Assembly (NCBI GenBank): GCA_002269645.1
Contig: NIVC01001189.1
Location: forward strand, 186,001 to 250,000
Direction: 5' to 3'
Length of the DNA stretch: 64,000 nucleotides
Origin: Macrostomum lignano
Lineage: Eukaryota
Positions 1 through 11,483 of this stretch are shown piece by piece. The stretch's first letter is position 1, and every line of letters starts with the position of its first letter. The notes below the pieces were generated by a model that worked only from the letters and a program-made list of their open reading frames with translations, was not told the origin of the DNA and ran no database searches. A program made the position numbers and the translations under genes.

Positions 1-279
1 GAATACAGTGTGACCTATAGCTCAAGAACGATTTGCTAGACGATTTGGCATGGAAGATGAGAGCCCTGATTCAGATGGCTCATCAGATGCAGAATACGAA
101 TCCAGTAGAGATACAAGCTGTGAAAACCCACAGATTTTTAAACCACTGAATTCTAATTCCCGGAACTATTTTTGCATAGATTCTAAATTTGAAGTCATGC
201 TCAAACAAAAACTTGTTAACAGTTAGGAAAAAGGCAAATATGGGAGTAATGCATGTTAAACTAAGATTTGAGGCCTTTG

Positions 280-965
280 CAAATTCTCTCCATTCCTCAA
301 TCTTCTCATCCTCTTTTTCTTTTCTCTCTCATCCCTTATCCCTTCTCTCTTTCCTCTCCTCTCTCCTCTCTTTCCTCTCCTCTCCTATCTCTTCTGTCTC
401 CTCTCTACATTCTTATCTCTCCTCTCGTCTCTCCATTCCACTCTACTCTCTCATCTTATCTTCCCTCTCGTCTCTCTCCACTCTACTCTCTCATCTTATC
501 TCTCGTCTCTTTTCTACTCTCTCATCTCTCCTCTCTTCACTCTCCTCTCATCTCCTCTTTATCCTCTCTTCTCTCATCTACTCTCTCCTCTTTCCTCTTT
601 CCTCTCTTCTGATCTCATCCATCATCTTTTCTTTCCTCTTTCCTCTCATCTCCTCTTCTCTCTCATCTCTTTTTCCTCCCTCAGCTTTTCTCTCCTCTTC
701 TATCTTTTCTCCCATCGCATCGCTCGCCTCTCCTCTGTTTGCTTATCTCTAATCTTCTATTCCCTCTACTTTGAAGTAAGAAATTATGCACATATTTTTG
801 CTGAAGATAAGAGAGAAGAGGGCATTGAGGAGAAAGGGTAGAGAGAAAGGGGGAGAAGAGAGGAGAGTAAAAATGAGAGGAGAGAGATGAGAGAAGAGGG
901 AAAAGGGGGAGAGAGAGAAGAGGGGAGGCAAGGTAGAGAAGAAGAGAGAGATGAGAGTTGAAGAG
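280..965. repeat. Low-complexity CT-rich tract (about 280-750) followed by a GA-rich tract (about 810-965)
   Basis: Near-pure pyrimidine run, then near-pure purine run. The Ser/Leu-rich ORFs here are compositional artefacts. Confidence 0.9.
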
Positions 966-1029
966 ACACCAACCTTGCTGGTTAGGAAGTTTCAAAGAAC
1001 CCGAGGGGCGAGGGCCAGATAGAGGGGCT

Positions 1030-1056
1030 TCGCGAGCCGGAGTTTGCCAACCCCTG
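1030..1056 (-). mobile_element. hAT/Charlie-like terminal inverted repeat (one end only)
   Basis: The reverse complement reads CAGGGGTTGGCAAACTCCGGCTCGCGA, the style of hAT-Charlie MITE ends. The partner end was not found in the window. Confidence 0.45.
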
Positions 1057-1240
1057 CTCCAGAGTTTGAGAAATCAATGGGAAACTGTTGACGCAGGCTT
1101 CTGATTTCAAAGATCTTGTCTGTGGTTGAAGGCTTCTATTCTGTTTTTGCTCTCCTGCCAAACTTGCACCTACTACCCCCTGATTGCCTCTGATTGTGAC
1201 TTACTTCCCTCTTATTGCGACTTAGTTGCTTCTTTTTGCG

Positions 1241-1700
1241 ACTTACCTAATCCTTTTTGCGACTTACCTAATCCTTTTTGCGACTTACCTAATCCTTTTT
1301 GCGACTTACCTAACCCTTTTGCAACTAAAAGACTTACCTAATCCTTTTTGCGACTTACCTAACCCTTTTGCGACTTACCTAATCCTTTTTGCGACTTACC
1401 TAATCCTTTTGCGACTTACCTAATCCTTTTTGCGACTTACCTAATCCTTTTGCAACTTACCTAATCCTTTTGCGACTTAGCTGATCCTTTTTGCGACTTA
1501 CCTAATCCTTTTTGCGACTTACCTAATCCTTTTGCGACTTACCTATCCTTTTTGCGACTTACCTAATCCTTTTTGCGACTTACCTAACCCTTTTGCGACT
1601 TACCTAACCCTTTTGCGACTTACCTAATCCTTTTTGCGACTTACCTAACCCTTTTGCGACTTACCTGATCCTTTTTGCGACTTACCTGATTATTTTTACA
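1241..1700. repeat. 21-bp minisatellite GCGACTTACCTAATCCTTTTT, about 21 copies
   Basis: Direct tandem repeat with T-run length variants; gives spurious CDLPNPF ORFs. Confidence 0.95.
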
Positions 1701-1939
1701 ACTTAGTTTGCTTCTTTTGCGAATTGTTTTTTTTTGCTTCACCATTTTCCCTGAACTGCTATTTCTTTCGCTTTCCTCTTGCCTTTCTTGGTTCTTGTGT
1801 TTTTCTGTTTTTGGTTGACTCAATTTTGCGACTTACCCCTGGTCAGCCACGATTTACGGTGGCCGGATCGGCCAGGTCGGCCAGCAGTTGTGCATGTATG
1901 GCATCTCACTCTTGCAAAACAATATAATAGATATACATG

Positions 1940-2304
1940 CCATAGTCCGGATCATGGCAGGCATACACTGGAATGAAAATTCATGTTTTTTCAATTTTAC
2001 GCTGATGTAAAATAAAAAAATGTGCCAAGACTAAAATTATTTATATGCCATTTTTTCAAAGCATATATATTTTTAGGAATTCAAAACTTTTACTTAACAT
2101 TGAAACGGCTGAAGAGATTTTGACATTGGTTGATATTTAACTACACAATTACATTAGCCTTGAACTTGGCTATTTTTTGTACGCTAACTATGTACACTTC
2201 ATGTCAAACCTGAAAATTCTATATGCCAAATGTGTGCTAAGATTGTCAGCGAGAACAAAAATATGCCAGAAAATTTGGCATAAAGGTCACCTTCCGGACT
2301 ATGG
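1940..2304. mobile_element. MITE with 12-bp TIRs, probable hAT type
   Basis: CCATAGTCCGGA (1940-1951) and TCCGGACTATGG (2293-2304) are perfect inverted repeats. The 8-bp flanks TATACATG and TATACATA match at 7/8. Confidence 0.65.
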
Positions 2305-3019
2305 TATACATATAATGTCATATTTTTTTGAAAATAGATAATTTGAAGAATCCATTATATTGCATATAGTGTTGCAATAGCAAATTGATTGATTTTATTG
2401 ATTTCAACTTTATTGATGCAGTTGCAAAAAAGGTCCTTTATTGTCGCAATGCCTTATAGGCCCCATGTGTAAAGCATAATTGCTGGCTATGCACTGCAAG
2501 CAACTTCTATGGCAGCCACAAAATGTTCCCAAGCAGCTGGTGCATCTACAAGACTATGGCCTATAGGTTGTGACTCCCAGTGGGGTTGTGTGACTTATTT
2601 TCTGGGGGTCGCAGCTCTAAGAAATGATAGACAAAAAACTTAATGATGCATTATATTGATTATAAAAGGGGTTGCAAATGTTAAAAAAATAATGCAAATG
2701 AATAAATTAAATTAGGGCTGCCTAAAAAGGTTGAGAGCTGCTGATATTTACTACTAGTTTTTGAAACTTATTTTAATGACAGTAGAGACTAAATATACCT
2801 TACTTTTAAAAATTAGTCAAGTAACCAAAAATAGATTTTTATTATGTTTTAATTATTTAAAACTTCAACTTTTTATTTATGTTTTTGCCTATTTTGTATA
2901 TCTTGATCATTTTTGCTTAAAACTTTGCTTTTTACTAATACTATTAATATATATTTTCTAATTTCAATATCTGTGCAGGGCCCCTCCCGATTTCTTTATA
3001 TAATAGTCACCGTTTAGTC

Positions 3020-3160
3020 AATTTGAATTCACGCCAAAACTAAGAAACATATTTTGTTTTAATACTTGTATTTTCTATAATATTTTGCGCTAACAAATTT
3101 TTGTTTAAAACTGTAGCAAATTTTAGTATAAATAGAAGCATTTTTGGCAGAGGAGAGACC
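3020..3160 (+). mobile_element. Diverged LTR relic related to the Gypsy LTR at 10082-19668
   Basis: Shares AATTTTAGTATAAATAGAAGC (21 bp) with the minus strand of the LTR, plus colinear weaker similarity on both sides. Confidence 0.5.
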
Positions 3161-4850
3161 AACCTTGCGTATTGCGGTTCTGCAATAAGTGATTGATAGC
3201 GAATAGTAAGAGTTCTGAGAAAATAAGAATCAAAGAAGTGTTTTCTATGTAAATTCCTTTTACGAAGTAAGAGTGAAATAGACTGAAGCATATACAGTAC
3301 ATACTATTGAGAAGCAGCAGTATTGAGTAGTAAGAGAATACGAAGTAGATCTAAAGTGATACGTGTAAGAATAACTGGAGGCTGTGACCCTCTGATCTTG
3401 GTAACACCCAAGGACTTGCAAACTTCATGAAATACATATACCAGTAAGCCAAAATACCACTCAGGCCAAATTATTAAATAGAATGCTACCAGAATAACAG
3501 AATGCTACCAGAATAACAGAGGAGTAAAATCTTTCAGGGCTAACAGTTTTCTAAGAATAATACTCAGACTAAATACGCAGACAAAATACTTAGACCTATT
3601 CTAATAAAAATTCTTATACTTATTCTAAGATTAATAATCTCATAATTTATTAATAGAATAGTCTTGGTGGCAGCTACCAACATTTATAAAAATAGGAGTT
3701 TAGCCCTTTGACAACTTTATTGACAGCTATGGAATCATCTGAAGAGATAGAAGAATCAGCCCTTTGACAACTTGGTTGCAGCAGTGGGATAATTTCAGTG
3801 AGAGCAATTACGCCTTTGACATATCCAATGTCTTTTTAGCTTTTTTATCTATTATCTATTGATAACAATAAATCTAATATAGCCAGAATAGCCTAAAACT
3901 TAGCAAAAATACCAAATAAGTCAGCTTTGGGCCTAAAATATATAGGAAAAATATATTAAAAAAACATTTTTGCTCTTATCATTATAATCAATAATTTTAA
4001 TTGCTTCTTATTATTACATAAGATATAATTTAATATATTTAAAGTTGCTTACTAACAAAGGGCAACAAAGCTAACCTATTGAAAAAAAGTGTGAAAAATG
4101 TATGAGAGATTTATTCTGTTTTCTCTTGTTCATAATTGCTTTTTATTGTATGTAATTCCATTGCAAAGTTATTTATTTGTAAAAAAACCAGTGTAGGCAA
4201 GTCATAGGACTTTTATTAAAGTCCTTTTCTAAGTCATATATTCCAAACAACTAGCTAACCAGGGCTAGAGCTATGCATTTTTGGGAGTATTGTTTTTACT
4301 CTTAGTCCTTGGTTCTAAACTTATGGTTAAAAGTTGAAAAGTGAAGACACTATCAATTTTTCACTTTTGCATATATATAATATGCAGCATTGGCTTTTTT
4401 TATATTTCATAGTATTAATATTAAGCTCCTTTGAAGTTTTCCAGGCTACAATGTGTTCTCACAAACCATTCCTTCTTGCCATACCACCAAAGGGGTCTAT
4501 CTGAAAAGTGCAGCAATTAGACAATCGCAAAATGGCATATTTTTCAATAGGGATACAAAAGAAAAGATTAGTCTGACTCTGATTGATCTGTTTGTGCCTG
4601 TCTGCCTATATGATATTGTGCATAAATTACGCATCCTATTGTACAGTGAGGAAGTAAAGAATACTTGCAATAGTTTAACCTATCACTCATTAAATCTCAG
4701 TTATTGAGCGCCCAATATTACTAAATATGGGATTTAGATATACATTCCTGTAGCCATATCCGTACCTACAGTCAGTGGATCTCTACTATTAAGTGATACA
4801 ATAAGTTTTATTGATTAATTTGCAGTGCTTGTGCCAGCCAACCAGCAGCT

Positions 4851-6418
4851 ATGCGCCGCATTTATATTGGCAACTTGTCATCGCGCGCAACCAAGCGCGA
4901 TATTGCTAAGTTTTTCCATCGCTACGGCCCGCTGGAGGATATCCTGCTGCGTGACGGCTTTGGCTTCGTACAGCTGAGCTCCTCAACTGACGCCGAAGAT
5001 GCTGTTGACTATCTGAACGGCCGGGACCTGTGCGGCAGCCGGGTGTCGCTGGAGATGGCCAGGTCGGAGCGCCGTGGCGGCCGCGATCGCTATGGTCCGC
5101 CAACGCGCACCAGGTACCTACTTTTAGTAGTATTATAACTGTTTTTATTTTTATTCTGCCACAACCAGCGCTGAGTCAATTCTGCTGACTCCTGAGCATG
5201 TAGAAGCGGGCAATTACTGTACAAGGTGTGCCCCCATACACACGCCCATTCAGTGCGTACAGTGGCCCTGACTTATAATCGCCAGGCATGTACAGTGCCT
5301 TAGGGAGATTGGCCGAGCACAACCCCAAATTAATGTGTAGATACCATTGAATGGCTCCGCCCCTTATTAATTTATTAATTTGTCATAGAACCGTTCTCTT
5401 AAAAGTTCGGCAAGTTCCAATCTATGCAGTACCATATTAATTTGGAGACGGCCCCCAACCTGGCCGCTGTACACTTCGGGTATTGTCTCGTCGCTGGTTG
5501 CGGGCTTTTGTCGCCTTGATTTGCGGCAGCACTCATAGCGGCCCCTGCAGGTAATTAACTAACCTGAATGTAGAGCCACAGGCACGTAAAACTCGCGGTT
5601 ATCACGTAATAATCAATGCTGTACAAAGCGACGAAAAACCATGTTTTGAGTGATTTGAGTCAGGGGAAAAATGAGTGAAACCTAAATTGAAACTCAATAC
5701 ACTATAGCTTTCTTGAAACCTGTCGCAAATGCCCTGGGCCTTATTGACGTATTTATGTCGCTAAGAATACTGCAAAAATCGCCAATTCAGGCACCGCCTG
5801 GTTGTCAAGAACCTGGGCTCCGACGTCAAGTGGCAGGACCTTAAAGACCTGGTTCGCCGCGCCGGCGAGGTCACCTTCGCTGACGTACACCGACCTGTTC
5901 GAGGCGAAGGCATCGTTGAATTTGAGAGTCGTGACGATATGCGCCGGGCGCTAAAGCAGTACGACGGATTCGAGTGGCACGGCCGCCGGCTGCGCCTGTC
6001 TGTTGACGGCGCCGACGACTCGCGACGGTCGCGCCGGTCCCGGTCTAGGTCCCGGTCCAGGTCCAGGTCCCGATCTAGATCCCGTTCTCGCACCCGTTCT
6101 CGGTCGCGCTCGCGCCGGTCCAAGTCCAGGTCCCGGTCTAGGGACCGCTCGAAGTCCCGGTCGGTGTCTAGGTCCCGGTCCCAGTCCCGATCACGTTCTC
6201 GTTCCAGGTCGCGCTCGCCGATAAATAACAACGACAAGGCCAAGGCTAGGTCGGCGTCCCGGTCCAAGTCCAAGTCTCGGTCTCCGTCCCGCTCGCGCTC
6301 CAATTCCCCCGGGTCGCGCCGTTCCCGCAGCGGCTCGCCCGGCGCCCGACGCGACAATAACGGCGCCGCTGCCGAGCGCCGGTCCCGAAGCCGCAGCGAC
6401 TCCAGAGGCTCGCGCTGA
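4851..6418 (+). CDS. SRSF6: SR splicing factor, SRSF4/5/6 (B52/SRp55) class, 296 aa, two exons
   Basis: Exon 1 is 4851-5113 (RRM1; donor CAG|GTACCT). Exon 2 is 5791-6418 (acceptor TTCAG|; RRM2 with KWQDLKD, then an RS domain). The 891 nt are in frame. The symbol names the family; the exact orthologue is unresolved. Confidence 0.93.
5430..5550 (+). other. Candidate poison cassette exon in the SR gene intron
   Basis: Acceptor TATGCAG| at 5429 and donor CAG|GTAATT at 5551. The exon is 121 nt with an in-frame TAG at 5536-5538. Confidence 0.45.
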
Positions 6419-9400
6419 TGTGGCGGCTAACAATGACTATGGAGAGCGGCAGCGGATGGCCCGGGCTAATTGCAGACTCCTGGTGGGCCCAGATTCGCCG
6501 CCTGCCAAGCCAGCTCCCAGTATGTTTAGCCATTGTTATTGCCTGTCCTGTTGTTTTCTCTGTTTATCAATTAAGTTCGGGCCTGTTAAAAATTCTTATT
6601 TATCCGTTGTGTCTCCCTGATATTTATTTTGTGGCTGTTGTGTGTTTTCTTGCTGTCGCTGCTGCTGCTGCTGTTTCTTTTTAAAATCGGAATTTTCTGT
6701 TAGAAATTAACGTAAAAAAGCAAACGGTTTTCAGTTGTTAGGAAAGCAAACCCATGTTGTGTCCGTGTTTTAGGCTATCCCAGCAGGAGCAGCGGCTTCG
6801 GTGTTAATCTGTTCCGTATTTTGCATACACAATAACATCTTACTAAACCGCCGATCGTCCCTGAAATGCAAATTTCTGCCGTGTTTTTACCAGCCTGTTG
6901 GGGGTAATTCAAATGCAGCACACCGAGCAAGTAACGGGACATTAATTTAAACTCTGCTACGGTTCTCCTACTACGAGTAGTGTTATACGTAAAATCATTA
7001 ATTCCTCACTAGTTTGTCATTTCTGCTTGGTCAATTTGTTCTTTTGTAAAGCTTGTAAAGCTCGAAAAATGTTAATTAACTTTTTTATCAAATTTTTTTA
7101 TTGCTGGCCTCTTATAATTGCTATAACAACACTGAACGCAACCTAAATCCATCAGTCGATATGTGAGGAAGTGTCGACTGGCGATTCATAATTTCCTTTT
7201 TATTGACCGTGTTAGAAACCACAAGTTCTCTGTAAACAAGCTGTCCCCCTGTTCAACACCTTTATGGGTTCGCTGACCAGTTATTTTTAATAGCAAACAT
7301 ACCTTAATAATTAATAAGCTATCCGGGCAACGTAGTTGGCTAAGCTCCAACTGATATAATATTTTAATAGCATGCGCGTCATTAGCCTGCATTATTATTA
7401 ATTGCTGCTTTATCTACGCAATAATTTCTTTGTTTCTCTCACTCTTTCTGTCCATTTTCGATCAGCCCCCGGGGCCAGCCGACCCGCCGGTCCCAGTGCT
7501 GTGAGAGGGAGCTGAGCTGATCCGGCGCTGTGCTGAGCTGAGCCAAACCAATGGTGCCTTGGTGCTACACACCATGCGGGCAGGCCTAAGGTGTCTACAA
7601 TTAGCAGGCGGAGATCTACATGCAACCTGGGTAACCAGGGTGACTGCGTGCATTGTGCAGTGTGGTGTGTTTGTCTACTGATAGAGCTGATTGCAAAGTG
7701 TCCGCAACCTGAAAAGTACATAAAAAGTGGCAAAGCATTCAGTAGAATTAGCATAGCATATAATACTCTTAGTAACGCGTACCGCACCATTATTAATGCT
7801 GAAAACCCTAATTAGATAACGAAGAGCTGGCTTTTGAGATGAGAGATCGGCGATTGCTTTACCTCCGTTCGGTAAGATAGATTGAATGTAATTCACACCG
7901 AAATGAGAAATAATTTAATAACAAAGTACGGGTATTTGCAGCTTAACATAATGTAGACGTTTTGACAGCTTTAATAGCTGGCTTAGCAAGTCCTCATTTT
8001 GCACAATTTTGAATTCCGTACCATTTAATAAATTAAAGTAAAGAATTGCCGTGAAAGATACTTTTAGGTAGTAGCAACGTTTTGAAGTCTAAAATTTGAT
8101 AGGTAAAAAAATCTGTTGGGTTATGCTGTTGCTCAGTATTGTTACGGTTGTCGAACTCCTAAAATCAACATTTAGAAGTCGGTGCGTTGCTCCGCGTAAG
8201 AGAGCTACATTTAATTTGTGCCCTGCAACTGTGCCAACTGACCCGAGGCTGCGAGAGCGACCCCGGGTTGCCTGCAGGAGCCGCAGACTAGAGGGTCAGT
8301 CGAGCTGTGAGGCCGTGTCTGTCTACTGCTGCTAATTAGTACAGGTAGATCACGTTGGATATGCGTAATTTACTGACAGTAGTATATGATCCAGCTGGGC
8401 AATATTGTAGATAGATGCTATTATTGCCGGAACAAGTGATGCTTGTGACGTAGTAATGAAGCACTGATTAGTTGGGCATAGCTGTATACAGTAGGTGAAC
8501 CTGGTCGCGGCTGAATGGAACCGAGAGAGCCCGGCAGTCTTCCGAAGGGGAATGTTCGGGGAATCTGGTTCAATTCGAGAGCGGCAATGGGACAACAGTG
8601 TCGCTCCCCGGCCGTTAGGACGAAACATTGGAAGCCGTATCGCGCCCGTTGCTACAAGCGTACAAGGCCAATTTGATTCTATTGTGAGTAGATTACCCGT
8701 GAAAATGTGTTAAACCTCGTGTAAATATAAACAACCGCAATCACTTAAGTCTTGGGATGAGAACTGTAAGCGTCACAGGACGCGTCCCAATGCTAGCCAG
8801 TTGACGAAACGCCGAGTGCGCGCCTGTCTTCGCCGGCAGGGTGCCCGCCGAAGTCGCCGACAGTGCAACAGGTCGGTTGGGTGACCAATCTTGAAGCTGA
8901 CAAGCAGCAGGCCAGCATGCGCCTCGTCCACCTGCTGTTCGAGCGAGTCTTCTCAGCGTCCAAGTCTTGGCCACGATGTGGAGTAACGCACCGCCTTCTG
9001 TCGGTCTGGTATGGCCTCTGACTGCAGGACCAACCTCACAGAAGGAAACGCAGTCCGCAGCCCAGGCAAGCCAGTAATGATGACAGAGATTCTCGAAAGC
9101 GTCTAGGAAACAGCTACCGCCGAGGTAGACGAACTGCTGACATCGCGGAAGTTCCGTCGCCTGTCCGTCAGCGCCTGTTTAAGACGCCTAGAATTCACTC
9201 CTTAAGGAAGCTTACACTGGCATCTCTCTTATTTGTAATTAGTACTTTCGACACACTAATAGAGTACTAGAAAAACAGTTTAATAGCACTGATTTATCTA
9301 CTTATGATGTACTTTTATGTTGTAATTGTGAGTTCTTTGCTGTTGTATGGGATATTTATTTAGGAATCTTTACCCCGGCGAGAGGCATTTCTGCCCATTC

Positions 9401-9429
9401 CGCCGACTCCCATGAGCAGGCACACAAGC

Positions 9430-9680
9430 GCGTGGATACGTACGCAGTCATACGCACAGGCACACACTCACACAGGAGTGTACAGCGGCCCTAACTTAAT
9501 TTATCATTAGGCATGTACACTTCACTGTGTCTTGGGTACTGGCCCTCAAGGCCGTTAATTGCACGAGCAGAGCCAAGCCGAAGTTCCAATTTAGCCCCAA
9601 AAATTAATGCGACTGCACTTGGAATCGAGCCTGGGCCGCTGGCACATGAGAGCTGCGCACTGGCTCTGGGGGGGGGGGGG
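9430..9680 (-). mobile_element. tRNA-derived SINE-like family 2, copy 1
   Basis: B-box-like GGCTCGATTCC on the minus strand. The body is shared with copies at about 5250, 22030 and 26960. Confidence 0.55.
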
Positions 9681-9912
9681 CACGGACCCCCTTTGTACAA
9701 TATGAAATCTTACAATTAAGATTATTTTTTCCTTTCACAAGTAGACGTATATGGAGCAATTACTGAATTATTGCCATAAAATAATTGGATTGTCAATATT
9801 GACGCAAGATATAAATCGAGGATTAGCCGCAGCACTTATTGCGTGCAGATTTTTTCAGGCTCGGTCGCTTTTTATACGAAAAAAAGGTAGTTATATAGAT
9901 AGATTTCGTGTT

Positions 9913-9926
9913 GTTACCATGGAAAC
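9913..9926. promoter_or_regulatory. RFX X-box-like palindrome GTTACCATGGAAAC
   Basis: Matches the X-box consensus GTHNYYATRRNAAC. No target gene identified. Confidence 0.35.
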
Positions 9927-10081
9927 TTAATCGTGTGTTATTATGAATTTGAAATATAAGCTTAGTCGCTCAGATTCTGTTGGCGCTTATTTTTATGTTA
10001 TGATAGTGAAGTGAGCTCCGCGAATTTGACACCTATGAAAAAATTTATGGCTAGTCTTTTTATTGCTTTACGTGTCTGTAT

Positions 10082-10792
10082 TGTAGGGCACCTTTATTAT
10101 TCTCTAAATCCCACCACAATCACCAAGTTGTTGTAGGGGGGGGGGGTTTGGCTGTAATTCTAGAATTTTATTATATTAGCTTATTGGATTCGTTATGAAC
10201 TACTAAAATACGGTGTTACTGAGGCAAGGCTATGGGCTTTCACGTAAGCACGGATTGCCCTGGTAGCGCGCAGTGCCCGAGCGGCAAGACACTGTTCAGC
10301 TAGGGGGAGAGGGGGGGTGACTAAGTCCTAAAGCAGCGTCCTCCAATGGATCGAGTTTGCCCGGTGAGTTTCAATTTCCTCTTACGGATTTTCTTTTGTC
10401 ATATACGACTTTCCATTGGTTGTTCAGTTCGAACAGTTTATTTGGATATTCCTCCTCTTTCTATTGGCTGATTACGCCCCTGCTCTTTGCTAGTACGCTA
10501 TTGGCTCTTCGACAATTCGTCTCTTGCTCTTGGTAATTTCTACCTCTAGTCCTATGAGCATTCGCTCTTAGTTTTTAGCAAATGAAGGAAGGTTTGGAAC
10601 GCTTCTTCAATTTTATAGGCAATTCGCCTATGAACCAAAAGATCTAAAACTTCGGTTGCCTCTCTGGGCACAAAATTCGCTTCTATTTATACTAAAATTG
10701 GGGTGGGGAACAAGACGCGTTTAAACAAAGTTCTAAAAATATACGTTTCCATAGTAAAGGCGGGAATTTAAAACTTGGTCTCTCTCAACTGG
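10082..10792 (-). repeat. 3' LTR (711 bp)
   Basis: Identical by eye to 18958-19668 except CCACCACAAT versus CCACCGCAAT. A short purine tract AGGGAAG (10793-10799, minus) adjoins it as a weak PPT. Confidence 0.95.
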
Positions 10793-11294
10793 CTTCCCTA
10801 AGGATAATTGTCGAATGGAAGAAAAATAAAAAGTGAGAAAATTATTCCATTTGATACAATGAGTAGTCTATAACGCACGCCTAACAAAAAATGCAACATA
10901 ATGTGAGTATTAATGGAATATAAAAGCGCGAAATTAGGTGCACAGAAAATGTGACAGTCATAAACTAAATACGGAAAGTGTGAACTAAATATGGATGCAC
11001 GCACAAAGTTCAAACAGTTATGGTGAATAAAACGGTGTAGATGATAAAACAAATGTGAAGTGGTTTTAATGAGTAAGCAAAAACACAAAGTTAGACAGTA
11101 GTAATTGGATAAGCAATTTTATAGGTAGCACAATAAAAAAATGGAGCACAAATGCCAGCAAATATATGAATAAGCAGAAGGCTAAGCAATTTTATTAAAG
11201 GATGAACACACACTACTAATTTGTAAAATTTTTACGGTAAATTGCAGAGGCAGAATTATATTGCAAATGTTAATATTTGGCAAAGTCACCTGTA

Positions 11295-11483
11295 TTAGTT
11301 CATATTAAACTCCTCTGGTAGCCCACGCTCGTCCGTCCAGCCGAGAAGATCTCCCATCCAGCGTACTTCGATACGCAGGAGGATCCCGTAGTACGGGTGG
11401 CCCGCCTGCTGAAGCGCGTGGAGAGTGTAGGCGACCGCTCGTCGCCATGCCGCAATTGCTTGCTCGGGCGTGTAGCTGCTCAT
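11295..11483 (-). CDS. Retrotransposon ORF4, 62 aa, unknown function
   Basis: The ATG at 11483-11481 overlaps the ORF3 stop (TGATG). The frame is open from about 11570. The peptide has ordinary globular composition (MSSYTPEQAIAAWRRAVAYTLH...). Confidence 0.5.
   Translation of the reverse strand: MSSYTPEQAIAAWRRAVAYTLHALQQAGHPYYGILLRIEVRWMGDLLGWTDERGLPEEFNMN

Noticed and set aside
50-225. Short acidic frame MEDESPDSDGSSDAEY...
   Set aside because: About 58 aa at the window edge with no motif; may be a transposase scrap but is unsupported.
189-995. Ser/Leu-rich ORFs of 100-187 aa
   Set aside because: Translations of CT/GA low-complexity DNA.
5761-6433. Antisense RD/RE-rich ORFs
   Set aside because: Mirror of the RS domain codons.
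8180-9240. GC-rich stretch with broken frames
   Set aside because: Frequent stops in all frames tried, no domain and no terminal repeats; possibly decayed TE.
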